From NCBI GenBank assembly GCA_965200875.1, contig OZ241456.1, positions 576,001 through 640,000 of the forward strand: a stretch of 64,000 nt of DNA. The letters run 5' to 3'. This stretch comes from Bdellovibrionales bacterium. Its GTDB lineage: Bacteria; Bdellovibrionota; Bdellovibrionia; Bdellovibrionales; UBA1609. The notes beneath the pieces are model-generated. The model was not told where the DNA came from. It did not search any database and was given only the letters and a program-made list of their open reading frames with translations. Position numbers and translations under genes: made by a program. Below, piece after piece: positions 49,141 to 59,872 of this stretch. Each line of letters starts with the position of its first letter. Within the stretch, counting starts at the first letter, position 1.

Positions 49141-50355
49141 ATGTTTTTTCTTTTATGGCTTAAAAGGTTTTTTCTTTCCCGTCATCAGTTTATTCGTTTT
49201 ACTCCTCTTGTGAGCATTATCAGTCTTATTTTGGCAAGCTCCAGTCTTGTTTTGGCAATGTCTGTTTACAGTGGTTATGAAAGCACAGTAAGACAAACTA
49301 TTGTGGATATGACAGGACATCTTGTTATTACTTCCCGTCAGGTGGTTCACTCGCAAGACACTTTTTTGGAAAAAATAAAACCTAGTTTAAGTCACATAGA
49401 GGATTATGCACCTTTTATTACTTTAAAATCTTTATTGGTGTATGAAGGAAAGTTATCTGGGGTGTTGGTGGAGGGGGTTTCTGCTCAGGCCCAGCAGACT
49501 GTTCGTTTAAGAAAAAGGCTCATAGCCGGTGCTCTGCATCTTAAAAATCAACAATCTTCTGTAATAGGTCGAGGGATTGCAAAAAAATTTAACCTTAACC
49601 CGGGCGACTTTTTTCATATTGTTGTACCTGAAATGGACTCAAAAGGTTCTTTCCAAAACAAATATCGAAAGTTATATGTGGAAGGAGTGTTGGATTTTGG
49701 TTTTCATGCTTTTAACTCCCGACATATTATTGTTAATAGGGAATCTGCTCAAAGTTTACTCTCCTCTCCAGAAATGATTTCAGGCCTGCGCCTGCTTGTA
49801 AACGATCCTACTCAAACAGAATTATTGAAAGAGCAGTTTGTTCAAATGTTGGGAGCTTCTTACAGAGTCAGTGATTGGCAGGGTATTGTGAAAGATCTGC
49901 ATAAAAGTTATTTTGAAGCCGTTCGGCGGGAAAAGGTGTTAATTTTTCTTATATTGATGGTATTGGTATTGGCGGGAGCATTTAATGTGTCTTCTCATTT
50001 GGCTATTTCTGTTTTAAATCAAATTCGTGAGATTAGTATTTTGAAAGTGATGGGGGCGAGTCAGACTTTTATTTTCTCTCTTTTGCTGATTCAGGGCTTT
50101 CTTGTGAGTTTTGTGGGTGCTTTAATAGGAATAGGGGTGGGGTTTCTTCTCTCCAAAGGTTTTATAAGCGTTCAAAATGTCTGGCAAATTATTCCTGAAG
50201 ATGTGTATAAAATAAATACTATTATAACTGAGATGAGGTTTTCAGATATTTTACTCATTTTTATTTGTTCTCAGTTAGTGTGTTTAATGTCTTGTTTATT
50301 GCCAGCATGGAGAGCATTAAAGCTACCTCTGAAAGAGGGGCTACTCTATGAATAA
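49141..50355 (+). CDS. lolC: Lipoprotein-releasing ABC permease LolC/E
   Basis: FtsX/MacB architecture; REISILKVMGA, PAWRA. Confidence 0.85.
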   Translation: MFFLLWLKRFFLSRHQFIRFTPLVSIISLILASSSLVLAMSVYSGYESTVRQTIVDMTGHLVITSRQVVHSQDTFLEKIKPSLSHIEDYAPFITLKSLLVYEGKLSGVLVEGVSAQAQQTVRLRKRLIAGALHLKNQQSSVIGRGIAKKFNLNPGDFFHIVVPEMDSKGSFQNKYRKLYVEGVLDFGFHAFNSRHIIVNRESAQSLLSSPEMISGLRLLVNDPTQTELLKEQFVQMLGASYRVSDWQGIVKDLHKSYFEAVRREKVLIFLILMVLVLAGAFNVSSHLAISVLNQIREISILKVMGASQTFIFSLLLIQGFLVSFVGALIGIGVGFLLSKGFISVQNVWQIIPEDVYKINTIITEMRFSDILLIFICSQLVCLMSCLLPAWRALKLPLKEGLLYE

Positions 50356-51221
50356 TGGTTGGTCAGAAAAGAAAAAAGGATAAGTGTGATATGGAAATTT
50401 TAACTGTAAAATCAGTGAGTAAAAGTTTCTCCAAAGGAGAAGGAACTATTAAAGTGTTGAAAAACATCAACTTGAAGATAAAAAAGAAATCAGCTGTTTG
50501 TATTACAGGTGGATCTGGTGTGGGAAAAAGCACTTTTCTGCATATTATTGGCACTTTGGATCGCCCCACTCAGGGAGAGGTGTTTTATTATAGTAAAAAT
50601 TTGAATTTGGCTACGGATAAGGAACTGGCAGAATTTAGAAGTTGCCGGATAGGCTTTATTTTTCAATTCCACTATTTATTAGGTGAGTTTAATGCACTTG
50701 AGAATATTATGATTGCAGGGCAAGTGGGGAAAAGAAATTTAAGTCGTGGAAATATGGTGGGGGATGTTTTTCCAAGCCCTTTTTCCTTGAGAAAGAAGGA
50801 ATCTGGCGAAAAAAAAATCAGTGAAGGCCAGGGAGTATTTGTTAAAAAACCATCTTTATGGAAAAACATACGAAAAGCATGGGGCGGGAGTTTTAAAGAG
50901 TCACAAGAGAGAGCAGAGTATCTGGCGGAATTAGTGGGGATTGCTGATCGCAGGAAACATTTTCCGGCGGAGTTAAGCGGAGGCGAGCAACAAAGAGTGG
51001 CTATTGCTCGCGCTCTTATGAATGAACCGGAAATTATATTGGCAGATGAACCTACGGGAAACCTGGATGCGAAAAATACAAGTTCTATTTTAAATATTTT
51101 TTTTGAATTAAAGGCCCGTTTTGGTATGACTTTTATTTCGGCCAGTCACGATCCCATGTTTGCTAAAGTTTTTCCAACAGTATTGAATATGAGAGATGGT
51201 TCTTTTAAGTCAAGCTCTTAA
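50355..51221 (+). CDS. lolD: ABC ATP-binding protein LolD with internal insertion (start may be ATG 50391)
   Basis: [40 protein letters not shown]. Confidence 0.88.
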   Translation: MVGQKRKKDKCDMEILTVKSVSKSFSKGEGTIKVLKNINLKIKKKSAVCITGGSGVGKSTFLHIIGTLDRPTQGEVFYYSKNLNLATDKELAEFRSCRIGFIFQFHYLLGEFNALENIMIAGQVGKRNLSRGNMVGDVFPSPFSLRKKESGEKKISEGQGVFVKKPSLWKNIRKAWGGSFKESQERAEYLAELVGIADRRKHFPAELSGGEQQRVAIARALMNEPEIILADEPTGNLDAKNTSSILNIFFELKARFGMTFISASHDPMFAKVFPTVLNMRDGSFKSSS

Positions 51222-51309
51222 GGAGTTTTTGAGAGAATGTTTAAAAACAATAGTCGCTGTTATTATCATTTTGATTTGCACCATACCATACACTAGGGCA
51301 AATTTGATA

Positions 51310-52854
51310 TCATATTAAAGTTGTGTGTTTCTCATTTTGAAAATCTTTTCTCAGTTCTTTGAAAAAAGCGTAAAGAAGCAGACAAAGCAAAATAGAAAAA
51401 GGAAAAGCCATAACAATCACCAATAATTCCAAAGCTTTCATTCCTCCAAAGTAAATTATTGTCATTGCCAAAATACCTTCCAACACTGCCCAATAAACTT
51501 TACCTGATAAAGGGGCTTTAGTATGAGAAATACGATGCACAATATAAGAAGCGGAATCCGATGAAGTTATAAAAAACACCACGACAGCCAAAAGCGTGAC
51601 TACAGAAACTGTTTTTGCAAATGGCAAATGTTTGAAAAACTCAAAAATGATCAAGGAGTATTCAGTTTTTAAAAGAGGTTTAAGATCCATTATACCGGAG
51701 ATATGATGTTGAATGGCTGTACAACCAAAAACCACGAACCAAAAGCAGGACAAAATAGCTGGTGCAATAAGGCAACCAATTACAAATTGTTGAATAGTGC
51801 GTCCTTCAGAGATACGAGCGATAAATAATCCCACAAAAGGAGACCAGGCAATCCACCAAGCCCAATAGAGGATCGTCCATTGAGAACGCCACTCCACTGA
51901 GCCTAAGGAGTTAACATAAGTCATACTGCTAATCAGGTTTTGCAGATAAGCTCCTGTATATTCCACAAAGGAATTAAGCAAAAAAGCTGTAGGACCAGCC
52001 AAAAGCGTGAACAACAGCAATAAAACACAGATAAAAATATTAATTTCGCTGAGTCGGCGTATACCTCTGTTTAAACCGGACAATAAAGACAAAGTAGCAA
52101 CAAGAGTAATAACACAAATAATTCCACTTTGAACGGACTGGGAATAAGGAACACCAAATAACTCTTTTAAACCAGAGTTAATCTGCAAAGAGCCTCGACC
52201 CAAAGTCGTGGCAACACCAAATAAAATAACAGTTATGGATAAAATATCCATAGAAACACCAAGTATCTTTTTTGTTTTTTCTTTTATACTTCGCTCATCA
52301 CGATTTAAAAAAGGGAAAAACATACAGGAAATGTTGAGTGGCCGGTTTTTCCGAAAGAAAAAATAGGCCATTGCCAAACCCATAATGGTATAAACAGCCC
52401 AACCGGAAAAACCCCAATGTAAAAAAGTAAGCTGAAACGATAAAGCAAGAGACTGCTCTGTGCTTCCTTCTCCTACAGGGGGATAAAAATAATGGTGAAG
52501 AGGCTCATACACACCGGAAAACATTAAGCCTGTCCCCATTCCCGCACTGAAAAGCATGGAGATCCATGTAAAATTACTGTATCTTGGCTTTGAGATTAAA
52601 CCCAAACGCACTTTCCGGTAAGGACCAAAAGCAAAATAGAGGCAAACACAAAAAAAACAAAAAATCAGCAAAACATAGAACCAGGAAATATTAAGTACAA
52701 AAATATTTTGAATCCAAGATAAAACCTTAAAAAAGAAATCAGGAACTGCAAAAACCAAGCCCAAAATGGTAAAGACCAAGCAAGAAGCACCGATAAGTGC
52801 AGGACTCCAAAAGACTGTTTTTATTTCTTCAGATAGCTGTTTCACATTTGCCAA
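51310..52854 (-). CDS. BCCT family betaine/carnitine/choline transporter
   Basis: WISMLFSAGMGTG, HWG, WTILYWAWWIAWSPFVG.FIARIS.GRT, TSSDS. Confidence 0.95.
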   Translation of the reverse strand: MANVKQLSEEIKTVFWSPALIGASCLVFTILGLVFAVPDFFFKVLSWIQNIFVLNISWFYVLLIFCFFCVCLYFAFGPYRKVRLGLISKPRYSNFTWISMLFSAGMGTGLMFSGVYEPLHHYFYPPVGEGSTEQSLALSFQLTFLHWGFSGWAVYTIMGLAMAYFFFRKNRPLNISCMFFPFLNRDERSIKEKTKKILGVSMDILSITVILFGVATTLGRGSLQINSGLKELFGVPYSQSVQSGIICVITLVATLSLLSGLNRGIRRLSEINIFICVLLLLFTLLAGPTAFLLNSFVEYTGAYLQNLISSMTYVNSLGSVEWRSQWTILYWAWWIAWSPFVGLFIARISEGRTIQQFVIGCLIAPAILSCFWFVVFGCTAIQHHISGIMDLKPLLKTEYSLIIFEFFKHLPFAKTVSVVTLLAVVVFFITSSDSASYIVHRISHTKAPLSGKVYWAVLEGILAMTIIYFGGMKALELLVIVMAFPFSILLCLLLYAFFKELRKDFQNEKHTTLI

Positions 52855-52941
52855 CTTTATTTTTCAAATTAAAAAGAATATACTGTAAGTCGGTCTTGAT
52901 GTCGATGATAAAACCTTTCATGGCGCAGGATTTTGTATAAA

Positions 52942-53032
52942 TAGTGGCACGTGAAAACGGGAATCTTGCTGGGTTTTAGGGAGATGTTTCATCTTTTTTC
53001 CTTAAGAAAACATACTTTTTCACAGGCTACTA
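52942..53032 (-). mobile_element. MITE-like element, type 2 (copy E)
   Basis: Ends tagtggcacgtgaaaa / tttttcacaggctacta; interior matches 62369-62456. Confidence 0.75.
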
Positions 53033-53126
53033 TTTCGTAAGAAAATAAGGTATTTAAAACTGTAATGTAAATATTTCACTATTAAGAAAATAATTAGTAA
53101 TTTTCCGGTAAAATTATTATTTATTG

Positions 53127-53155
53127 TTGACAAATTTTTCACTGGTGACTATACA
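53127..53155 (+). promoter_or_regulatory. Putative promoter for the Sel1-like gene; its spacer is a MITE-end sequence
   Basis: TTGACA-17 bp (aatttttcactggtgac)-TATACA. Confidence 0.35.
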
Positions 53156-53194
53156 GTCGATCCTGAATAATGGTGTTTAATAAGGAGGGAAATA

Positions 53195-54253
53195 ATGATT
53201 AAGTTAGCTAAAAAAAAGATTTTTTTATTGTATTTTCTTTTACTTTTCTTGTCTGGATTTTCTTTTGCAGATGATGATAACAATCAAAGAATTTCAGAAC
53301 CGGGTTTGGAAGTAGTAGTAGGGAATATTAAGCAGGATATCGAGAACAAAAACCCGGAATCGGCTTTTAGAGTGTTCATGGAAAATATTCATTTGTTTCC
53401 ATCATTTGCATCAAGAAATGAATATCAGGAAATAAAAGTAAGAATTTTGAAGGAACTGCTGAAACAGTATGTAAGTAACACTTTGCCTACAAAAATATCA
53501 GAATATATAAATCAAGGAAACATATCAGCTCTGATACAGTGGATTAATAACAAAAAAGCCAGAGCAACAAAACTGTCAAGACATCATAATACTATAACTA
53601 TTATCTACTATACGATAGCTTATATGTATGCAACTGGTCTGAAAGTGGAAAAAAATAATACAGTAGCTGTAAACTATATACAGAAACTGTATACTCCCCG
53701 TGTTAAAAACGGAGGACTGAAAGGAAGAATGATATACGAATTGGCTTTGATGATGAGGTATTATATTGACCCGGCGATTATTTCTTACAGAAAAGGTATG
53801 AGGTTGTTGGCAACCAATAATCACTATAACAGTTTGATAGGTGTTAATTATATAAAAGACTCAGCATCAATGAATTACATGCCAGCTCAGGTTAAACTAG
53901 CTCTTATGCTTCGTAATGGTGAGTACATGGAAAAAAGCCCAAGGGTGGCTTTTGCACTAATGATGGAAGTGGCAGAAACACCTGTAAATAATATTGATGA
54001 TAGGGAGAGATTGAATTTGATTACTCGCGCTCAGGCAGAAGTCGCTGATATGTATTTAAATGAAAAGGATATTAAAGAGGGTATGCTCTCCCCTATGAGT
54101 GTGGAAAAAGCTCTTAAATGGGTAAGTAGAGGGTTCGAAACAGCGAATAAGACGACATTCTACTTAGATCCAGCAATACCAGAAATGAAAGAGCATGCAC
54201 TTGCTGGAGTGGAAAAACTCAGAAAATATTGCCAATTAGCTTTCTCTCGTTGA
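53195..54253 (+). CDS. Secreted Sel1-like repeat protein
   Basis: Signal peptide; YTIAYMYATGLKVEKN...AV and AQVKLALMLRNGEYMEKS...AF repeats. Confidence 0.7.
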   Translation: MIKLAKKKIFLLYFLLLFLSGFSFADDDNNQRISEPGLEVVVGNIKQDIENKNPESAFRVFMENIHLFPSFASRNEYQEIKVRILKELLKQYVSNTLPTKISEYINQGNISALIQWINNKKARATKLSRHHNTITIIYYTIAYMYATGLKVEKNNTVAVNYIQKLYTPRVKNGGLKGRMIYELALMMRYYIDPAIISYRKGMRLLATNNHYNSLIGVNYIKDSASMNYMPAQVKLALMLRNGEYMEKSPRVAFALMMEVAETPVNNIDDRERLNLITRAQAEVADMYLNEKDIKEGMLSPMSVEKALKWVSRGFETANKTTFYLDPAIPEMKEHALAGVEKLRKYCQLAFSR

Positions 54254-54289
54254 ATTTGTGAGATTTTGTAGTTTATAATTTTTTCCAGT

Positions 54290-54478
54290 ATGAAAAGAAA
54301 ATTATCTATTGTTGTAGCTGTGTTTTGTATGGTTGTGCTGGGTCTTATTGTGAGTGGTTACTTCATGAAAGTAGCCCAAAACGAAGAGACAACAAATGAA
54401 CCTGTAGAGGAAATGTCATCAGAACCTCAACATGGAGATTCATCTCCTGAATCTGAAGGTTCATCTCCTGAAAAATAA
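54290..54478 (+). CDS. Small single-TM hypothetical protein
   Basis: N-terminal hydrophobic helix, acidic Ser-rich tail. Confidence 0.5.
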   Translation: MKRKLSIVVAVFCMVVLGLIVSGYFMKVAQNEETTNEPVEEMSSEPQHGDSSPESEGSSPEK

Positions 54479-54564
54479 AAAAAAATAAAAAAATTCACTT
54501 GAAATATGTACAGTTTTATTTTAATCATAAGTAATTGAAAATATAGTAATTTTTGAGGTAAAAA

Positions 54565-54867
54565 ATGTCTTTCGGGAAAAGCCGGGTCAAAACATTGACA
54601 AAAGCTGATATTTACTTGGATTTGTACAACAAAATTGGTTATTCCAGACAAAAATCCGCTGAATTGGTAAATTCTGTTTTTGATATTACCAGAGAAAAAC
54701 TATGCTCAAATCACAATGTGAAGTTATCCGGTTTTGGTAACTTTGTGCTGAAAGATAAAAAGTCCCGTGTAGGGCGTGATCCAAAAACAGGGCAGGAGAT
54801 TCGTATTGAAGAGCGCCGGGTGCTTGTTTTTCATCCTAGTCCGATTTTAAGAAAAAAAGTTAATTAA
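54565..54867 (+). CDS. ihfA: Integration host factor alpha
   Basis: TLTKADI, VKLSGFGNF, GRDPKTG, RRVLVF; followed by merR-like gene. Confidence 0.9.
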   Translation: MSFGKSRVKTLTKADIYLDLYNKIGYSRQKSAELVNSVFDITREKLCSNHNVKLSGFGNFVLKDKKSRVGRDPKTGQEIRIEERRVLVFHPSPILRKKVN

Positions 54868-54903
54868 CTTTTTTAGTTTCTCGCGCGGGAGACGCAAACA
54901 ATT

Positions 54904-55332
54904 ATGTCAGTAGAAAGCACAAAAACTTCAGAATCAAAAAATGTAAAGTTTGGGCATTTTGATTCTGATTTAGCTTTTGAAATGCAAAATATACCTTCAA
55001 AAATATCTTTTAAAATCGGTGAAGTATCTGAGCTTTTAAATGTAAAAACTCATGTATTGAGATATTGGGAAGCAGAGTTTAAACACTTCCATCCACAAAA
55101 GATGGCCAATGGTCAGAGACTGTATTTTAAGAAAGATGTGGAAACTGCTTTCCTGATAAAAAAACTTTTGTATCAGGATGGCTTTTCAGTAAAAGGCGCA
55201 AGAAAATTTCTTAAAGAGCTTAAAAAAGAAAGTCGTCAGTACAAAAAAAAATCTTCTTCTGAAGAAAAAATTTTAAACAAAATAAATCAAATACAGAAAA
55301 ATATTTCTGTTATTCGTAAACTCATCAAGTAG
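54904..55332 (+). CDS. MerR family HTH regulator
   Basis: FKIGEVS..L.VKTHVLRYWE.EF, QRLY, LLYQDGFS. Confidence 0.9.
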   Translation: MSVESTKTSESKNVKFGHFDSDLAFEMQNIPSKISFKIGEVSELLNVKTHVLRYWEAEFKHFHPQKMANGQRLYFKKDVETAFLIKKLLYQDGFSVKGARKFLKELKKESRQYKKKSSSEEKILNKINQIQKNISVIRKLIK

Positions 55333-55362
55333 TGGTTTGTAGTGTCTCGGTCAAATGCTTTC

Positions 55363-57993
55363 TTACTTTTCTTTAAAAACCCTGTTCAAAGCTGATCGCC
55401 ATTCATCTTGTAAAACTAGGTCAAAAGTCATTTTTTGATCTTGTATTTCAATCGTTCCGGCAGGTGTAGACTGCTTGGAATATTCTGTTAAGAGATCAAA
55501 TAATTTCTTTTTGTATTTTGTATCTGGATTGTCTGTCAAGTGCTGTCCTTTTGTTTCTAGAATGGAAAAAGAAGGTGGCCCATTCTTTGGAGCTTTTAGA
55601 CAAACTAAAAAATCCGGGTAAATTTTATTCTTCTGCCAACCCTGTAAATGCCAGTCCTGCCTTTCTATAATCCGATGCCACCACTTGATAGCTGAATCTT
55701 CATCTAAATACCAAGCTACATTTTTCTCCAAGGGATTAAACTTCAACTCCTCCGTATAAATGTCTTCAAATAAAGAAAGTTGTAAATCTTTATTATTTTG
55801 CTTTCTTAAAACAGGGCTGTTATCTGTTATGGAAAATTGCAAGGTTTTTGCCATTTCCCAATTCAAATCTGGATCCCCAGCACTGACCAAATTAAATAAA
55901 ATCTCATTGTTTTTCAGTTTCTGCCTGAAAATCTTTTCCGTATTTTGGCTTATCTGATTTTGAAGATCATTTCTTAAAACATCCAGAATATGAAATCGGT
56001 TTGCATAAATTTTTTCTTTCTTATATTTTCTCTTCAAAGAAGATAAAGTTCTTTTGATTATCACACTTGCATCCCAGGGATTGGGAATTATATCTGAAAG
56101 CCTTTGGCACATAAAACCAAAATCCAAGTTCATATCTTCCAGACTTTCTTTTTCACTGGAATGATAGGAAGAAATAAAATCCAGCAGTTTTTTTATATCA
56201 ACCAGTGTATGGGATATGTCCGGGATTTTTTTATCTAAAAATAAATCCTTCTTGAATCTGAATTTTGACCAATCAATAGAAAAAAGCAAATCTGTTTCAT
56301 AACTCAAATTTCTTAAATGATTTCCCGATCGATATAAAATTTTTGGCAGGAAAATCTGCAAGCCTCTAAAAGGCTTTCTTCTTTTTACTTTGATATCTTT
56401 TATGATTTTTTTTATACCACCAAAATTCTTTATATCTCCCGCGAGGCCATCCATTCCCTCGTTTTCCAAACCTTTTCTGACACCCTCCACCGCTTGATTC
56501 ACATCCGGGTCCATACAAATCACATAAGATTGGTTTAAGGACTCTATTCCTGTTTTTCTTGTTTCAGGTTGTCTTAAAACTCTTCCTATCATTTGTTCAA
56601 TAGCTACAGGGGCTTTGGTGTTAGATAAAATTGTCAGGACATAAGCAAAGGGACAATCCCAGCCCTCCTTTAAAGCCTCTTTGGTTATAATGTATTTCAC
56701 ATCTGAATATTCAGACAGTAAATTCTCATTTCCTAGTTCATCTTTGCTGGCAGACTTCACTCTTACTTCTTTAGGATCCACATTAAAGTTTTTTATCAAA
56801 TACTCCCTTACATCCTCTGAATGGATAAATTTCTTTTCTCTTTGATCCGCTCCAGTTCTTTCGACTCTGATGAGCATGATAGGTCGGATATAACGGTTTT
56901 CTTTTATTTGTAGCTTCACTGTATCCTTTGAGAGTTTTTGTAAGGTTTCAAAGCCTTTGGCCAGAGCTTTTTTCCAGTCCTTGCTCTCCATGTTAAAAAT
57001 GTTAATAGGAAGTTTTATCATCTCCTCTTTTTTAAGATCTTCACCGGATACGGAAACCAAAACATTACTATGATGCTTTTTTTTATTGGGAGTGGCTGAA
57101 AGCTCCAAAATAAATCGGGGGTTAAAATCCATTAAGGCATTTTTTGCTTTCTCTGTATAAGCTCTATGTCCTTCATCAATCACAATTAAAGGCTGAATGA
57201 TCTTTAAAACATTTCCCAAACTGTGTTTTACTTCAGCGTGACCTAAATGGGAACTGCGAGTATCGAGATTCGGGCAAATCTGAAGTAGCTTTTCATTGCC
57301 TGAGAGGTCGCCTTCTTCCGGAAAAAAATAAGGGAAACAGCCTGAATCCTTGAACATTCTCAAAGTGTCTTTGGTTTGCCTTCCAGCAGATTGAAGCATT
57401 AAGAGAAAGACACATAAAGAACTATTAATGTCTTCCGGGGTAAAACTATCTGTCTTTTGTAAAATTCTCACTCTTCCTAAAGCAGACCGATCCAAAGTTA
57501 GTCTGTAAAGGCTTTCCCTGTCTCTTAGTGCTCTCAATGTTTGTTTGTAAATGGAATCACTTGGGACTACCCATAAAATAAGACCCGTGTTGCGTTCAAA
57601 AAAGTCTGTGTTGATTCGAGCTATTCCTGTTGAACCTAAAAGAGTTTTTCCTCCTCCTGTGGGGACTTTAAAGCATATATTCGGGACGGGTCTCCCCATT
57701 CCACTTAACCGACTTTTGTAAGAGGCGGGGACTTTCTGTTGGCTTTTAGGGATAAAAAAAGCTTCCTCTTTATCGATGACTTTTCTGGAGATTAAAGGCA
57801 GGATTTTTCTTTCGTTCAATTCCTCCCAAGTGTTTTTCGGGTAATTAAAATCTCCTTTTTCCCAATTTACAGATAGACCTTTTTCTTTTCTGTACTGAGA
57901 TAAAATCAAAGAATTTTCTTTTTTATCTTTTAAGGTATTGAGATAAACAGATAGTTTGTCCAAAACTCCTTCCTGATAATCCTTTAATTCCAA
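55363..57993 (-). CDS. res: Type III restriction subunit (Res)
   Basis: VPTGGGKT, DEGH, SATP, LKEGWDCP, QMIGRVLR; C-terminal YPDF...ETKG nuclease. Confidence 0.92.
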   Translation of the reverse strand: MELKDYQEGVLDKLSVYLNTLKDKKENSLILSQYRKEKGLSVNWEKGDFNYPKNTWEELNERKILPLISRKVIDKEEAFFIPKSQQKVPASYKSRLSGMGRPVPNICFKVPTGGGKTLLGSTGIARINTDFFERNTGLILWVVPSDSIYKQTLRALRDRESLYRLTLDRSALGRVRILQKTDSFTPEDINSSLCVFLLMLQSAGRQTKDTLRMFKDSGCFPYFFPEEGDLSGNEKLLQICPNLDTRSSHLGHAEVKHSLGNVLKIIQPLIVIDEGHRAYTEKAKNALMDFNPRFILELSATPNKKKHHSNVLVSVSGEDLKKEEMIKLPINIFNMESKDWKKALAKGFETLQKLSKDTVKLQIKENRYIRPIMLIRVERTGADQREKKFIHSEDVREYLIKNFNVDPKEVRVKSASKDELGNENLLSEYSDVKYIITKEALKEGWDCPFAYVLTILSNTKAPVAIEQMIGRVLRQPETRKTGIESLNQSYVICMDPDVNQAVEGVRKGLENEGMDGLAGDIKNFGGIKKIIKDIKVKRRKPFRGLQIFLPKILYRSGNHLRNLSYETDLLFSIDWSKFRFKKDLFLDKKIPDISHTLVDIKKLLDFISSYHSSEKESLEDMNLDFGFMCQRLSDIIPNPWDASVIIKRTLSSLKRKYKKEKIYANRFHILDVLRNDLQNQISQNTEKIFRQKLKNNEILFNLVSAGDPDLNWEMAKTLQFSITDNSPVLRKQNNKDLQLSLFEDIYTEELKFNPLEKNVAWYLDEDSAIKWWHRIIERQDWHLQGWQKNKIYPDFLVCLKAPKNGPPSFSILETKGQHLTDNPDTKYKKKLFDLLTEYSKQSTPAGTIEIQDQKMTFDLVLQDEWRSALNRVFKEK

Positions 57994-58105
57994 TTAAGCC
58001 TCCATAAATTTTCTTTACTGTGGTTTTTTGACTCTTACTGTATCTTCCAATTTGTCTATGATTTTCAATTCTTTAAATTTGTAACATACAATTTTATATT
58101 TCCCA

Positions 58106-59842
58106 TCAAATCCCGATAATTTTATGAATATCATAAGGAAGCTGGCAAAACTGAATATTATAATCCTTTAATAGCTCTTTTTGGGTAAAGTATCTTGCTG
58201 GAGCAAAAACCAGACTTATCTTTTTTGATTGGTTGTTAAATTTTTTTATTTTTTCCGCCAGATCCAAATGCAAAGCACTCTCCTTGCTTTTTAGAAAATC
58301 CAAATCCGGTTTATAAACCAAATGAAGTTTGTAGGCTGATGTTTCCCCGATAAACCAAGATGGGTTGGTTTTAGGTAATATATCTAGGCTTTTTCCTGTT
58401 GCTGTATAAAATACATATTCTGCCAGCTGTTTATAGTCTGGGAGAGACTTTCCCTTTAAAAGATTTTCTGTGTTTATTGTTTGGCCCAAAGAGCAATAAG
58501 TAAAAGAACCTCCCAAACCTTTTTTTAATTTTTCAGCTTTGGCTTTAGGCACTCCGTTGATGACCCGGCGGACTCTCTCTGCTGTGATGGAATCTGCATA
58601 ATCTTCACACTCCACGAGAATAAACTTGCGGTTGCCTCCATCTTCTTTATTGAGGGACAAGACAGCTTCTGCTGTTGTGCCCGAACCTGCGAAGGAATCT
58701 AAAACTATATCATTTTTTCCGGCTTTAATAATTTTTAAAATATAAATCAGAAGTTCTTTCGGTTTTGAATAACTAAAGTCCACTCCTAAATTTTTTAAAT
58801 AATCGGAGCCTCTTCTATTTAAAAATTCTTTTTCTGATAAAAAGTCTCTTGGTTTTACTCCTGTTATTTTTCTGTCACTTAAATAACTTTTTGTATATAT
58901 GTTGTAAGACGCTTGTTTTCCTTCACTATTCAAAAGCGGAGATTTCTGGGTTTTTTTAAAAACCAAAAGATCTTTTTTCTTATTATAAGTTTGATAGCTC
59001 CATCTCCAAACTTTATCATTTTTATTTTTTGGTTCTATATATTCTGCATCTGCTTTTTTTTGAGGAAGGTAGTCTCCCGGAGGAATTACTAAAGATCCAT
59101 CGGGGCATTTTATGTAATACCTTTGATTAGAGCATCCTCTCATAGGATCTAATGCAGATTGATATAAAGCAACATCATCTCTATAAATACCTTTTTTATC
59201 AACTTTTTTATACAAACTTTTATCCACTTCACTATAAAAATCAGAAATCAAGTGTTTATTTTTGGAAAAAGCTATCAAATAATCACAAGATGGAGCAAAA
59301 TGACTCCCCTTATCACTCGCTGTTTTGGAAACTCTGGTCACAAAACCTATAAAATGTTGTTCTCCAAAGATCTCATCCATTATCATACGCAAATGGTGTT
59401 GTTCATTTTCATCAACACTGACAAAAATCACACCGTCATCAGCAAGTAACTCTTTTAATAGTTCCAGCCGTGGCCACATCATGCAAAGCCATTTATCATG
59501 TCTTTCCAAGTCGTCTGGGCCGATGCCATTTTGTTTCAGCCATTCTTTCATTATAGGGCTGTTGACTTTATCGTTATACTTCCAACCTTCAGTTCCTGTA
59601 TTGTAGGGTGGATCAATATAAATACACTTTATTCTTCGGGAATATCTGGGTAAAAGAGCTTTTAAAGCGTGAAGGTTATCTCCGTGAATAATCAGATTAT
59701 CCTCTAAAGAAGGGTTTGCGTTTTTTTCACCGGAAAAGGATTTTTTTTTGTCAACCTGCAATGAACGAAAAGGAACTCCATGATGATGAGAACGTATCAC
59801 AGACTTTCCTTTAAAATCCAAAACTGGCATGATGTCCCCCAT
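58106..59842 (-). CDS. mod: Type III adenine methyltransferase (Mod); start may be ATG 59830
   Basis: IHGDNL, IDPPYNTG, YSKPKEL, LDSFAGSGTT. Confidence 0.93.
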   Translation of the reverse strand: MGDIMPVLDFKGKSVIRSHHHGVPFRSLQVDKKKSFSGEKNANPSLEDNLIIHGDNLHALKALLPRYSRRIKCIYIDPPYNTGTEGWKYNDKVNSPIMKEWLKQNGIGPDDLERHDKWLCMMWPRLELLKELLADDGVIFVSVDENEQHHLRMIMDEIFGEQHFIGFVTRVSKTASDKGSHFAPSCDYLIAFSKNKHLISDFYSEVDKSLYKKVDKKGIYRDDVALYQSALDPMRGCSNQRYYIKCPDGSLVIPPGDYLPQKKADAEYIEPKNKNDKVWRWSYQTYNKKKDLLVFKKTQKSPLLNSEGKQASYNIYTKSYLSDRKITGVKPRDFLSEKEFLNRRGSDYLKNLGVDFSYSKPKELLIYILKIIKAGKNDIVLDSFAGSGTTAEAVLSLNKEDGGNRKFILVECEDYADSITAERVRRVINGVPKAKAEKLKKGLGGSFTYCSLGQTINTENLLKGKSLPDYKQLAEYVFYTATGKSLDILPKTNPSWFIGETSAYKLHLVYKPDLDFLKSKESALHLDLAEKIKKFNNQSKKISLVFAPARYFTQKELLKDYNIQFCQLPYDIHKIIGI

Positions 59843-59850
59843 TGTTGATT

Positions 59851-59871
59851 ATACTTTTTCACAGGCCATTA
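59851..59871 (-). repeat. Solo MITE end overlapping a TATAAT box upstream of mod
   Basis: Minus strand taatggcctgtgaaaaagtataat. Confidence 0.55.
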
Positions 59872-59872
59872 T

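Noticed and set aside
55332..55362. tRNA-Pro often found after ihfA-merR
   Set aside because: Only 30 bp precede the res stop; no cloverleaf or T-loop motif.
58106..59842. Phase-variable mod (phasevarion)
   Set aside because: No simple-sequence repeat tract found; A/T runs are ordinary for this AT-rich DNA and the ORF is intact.
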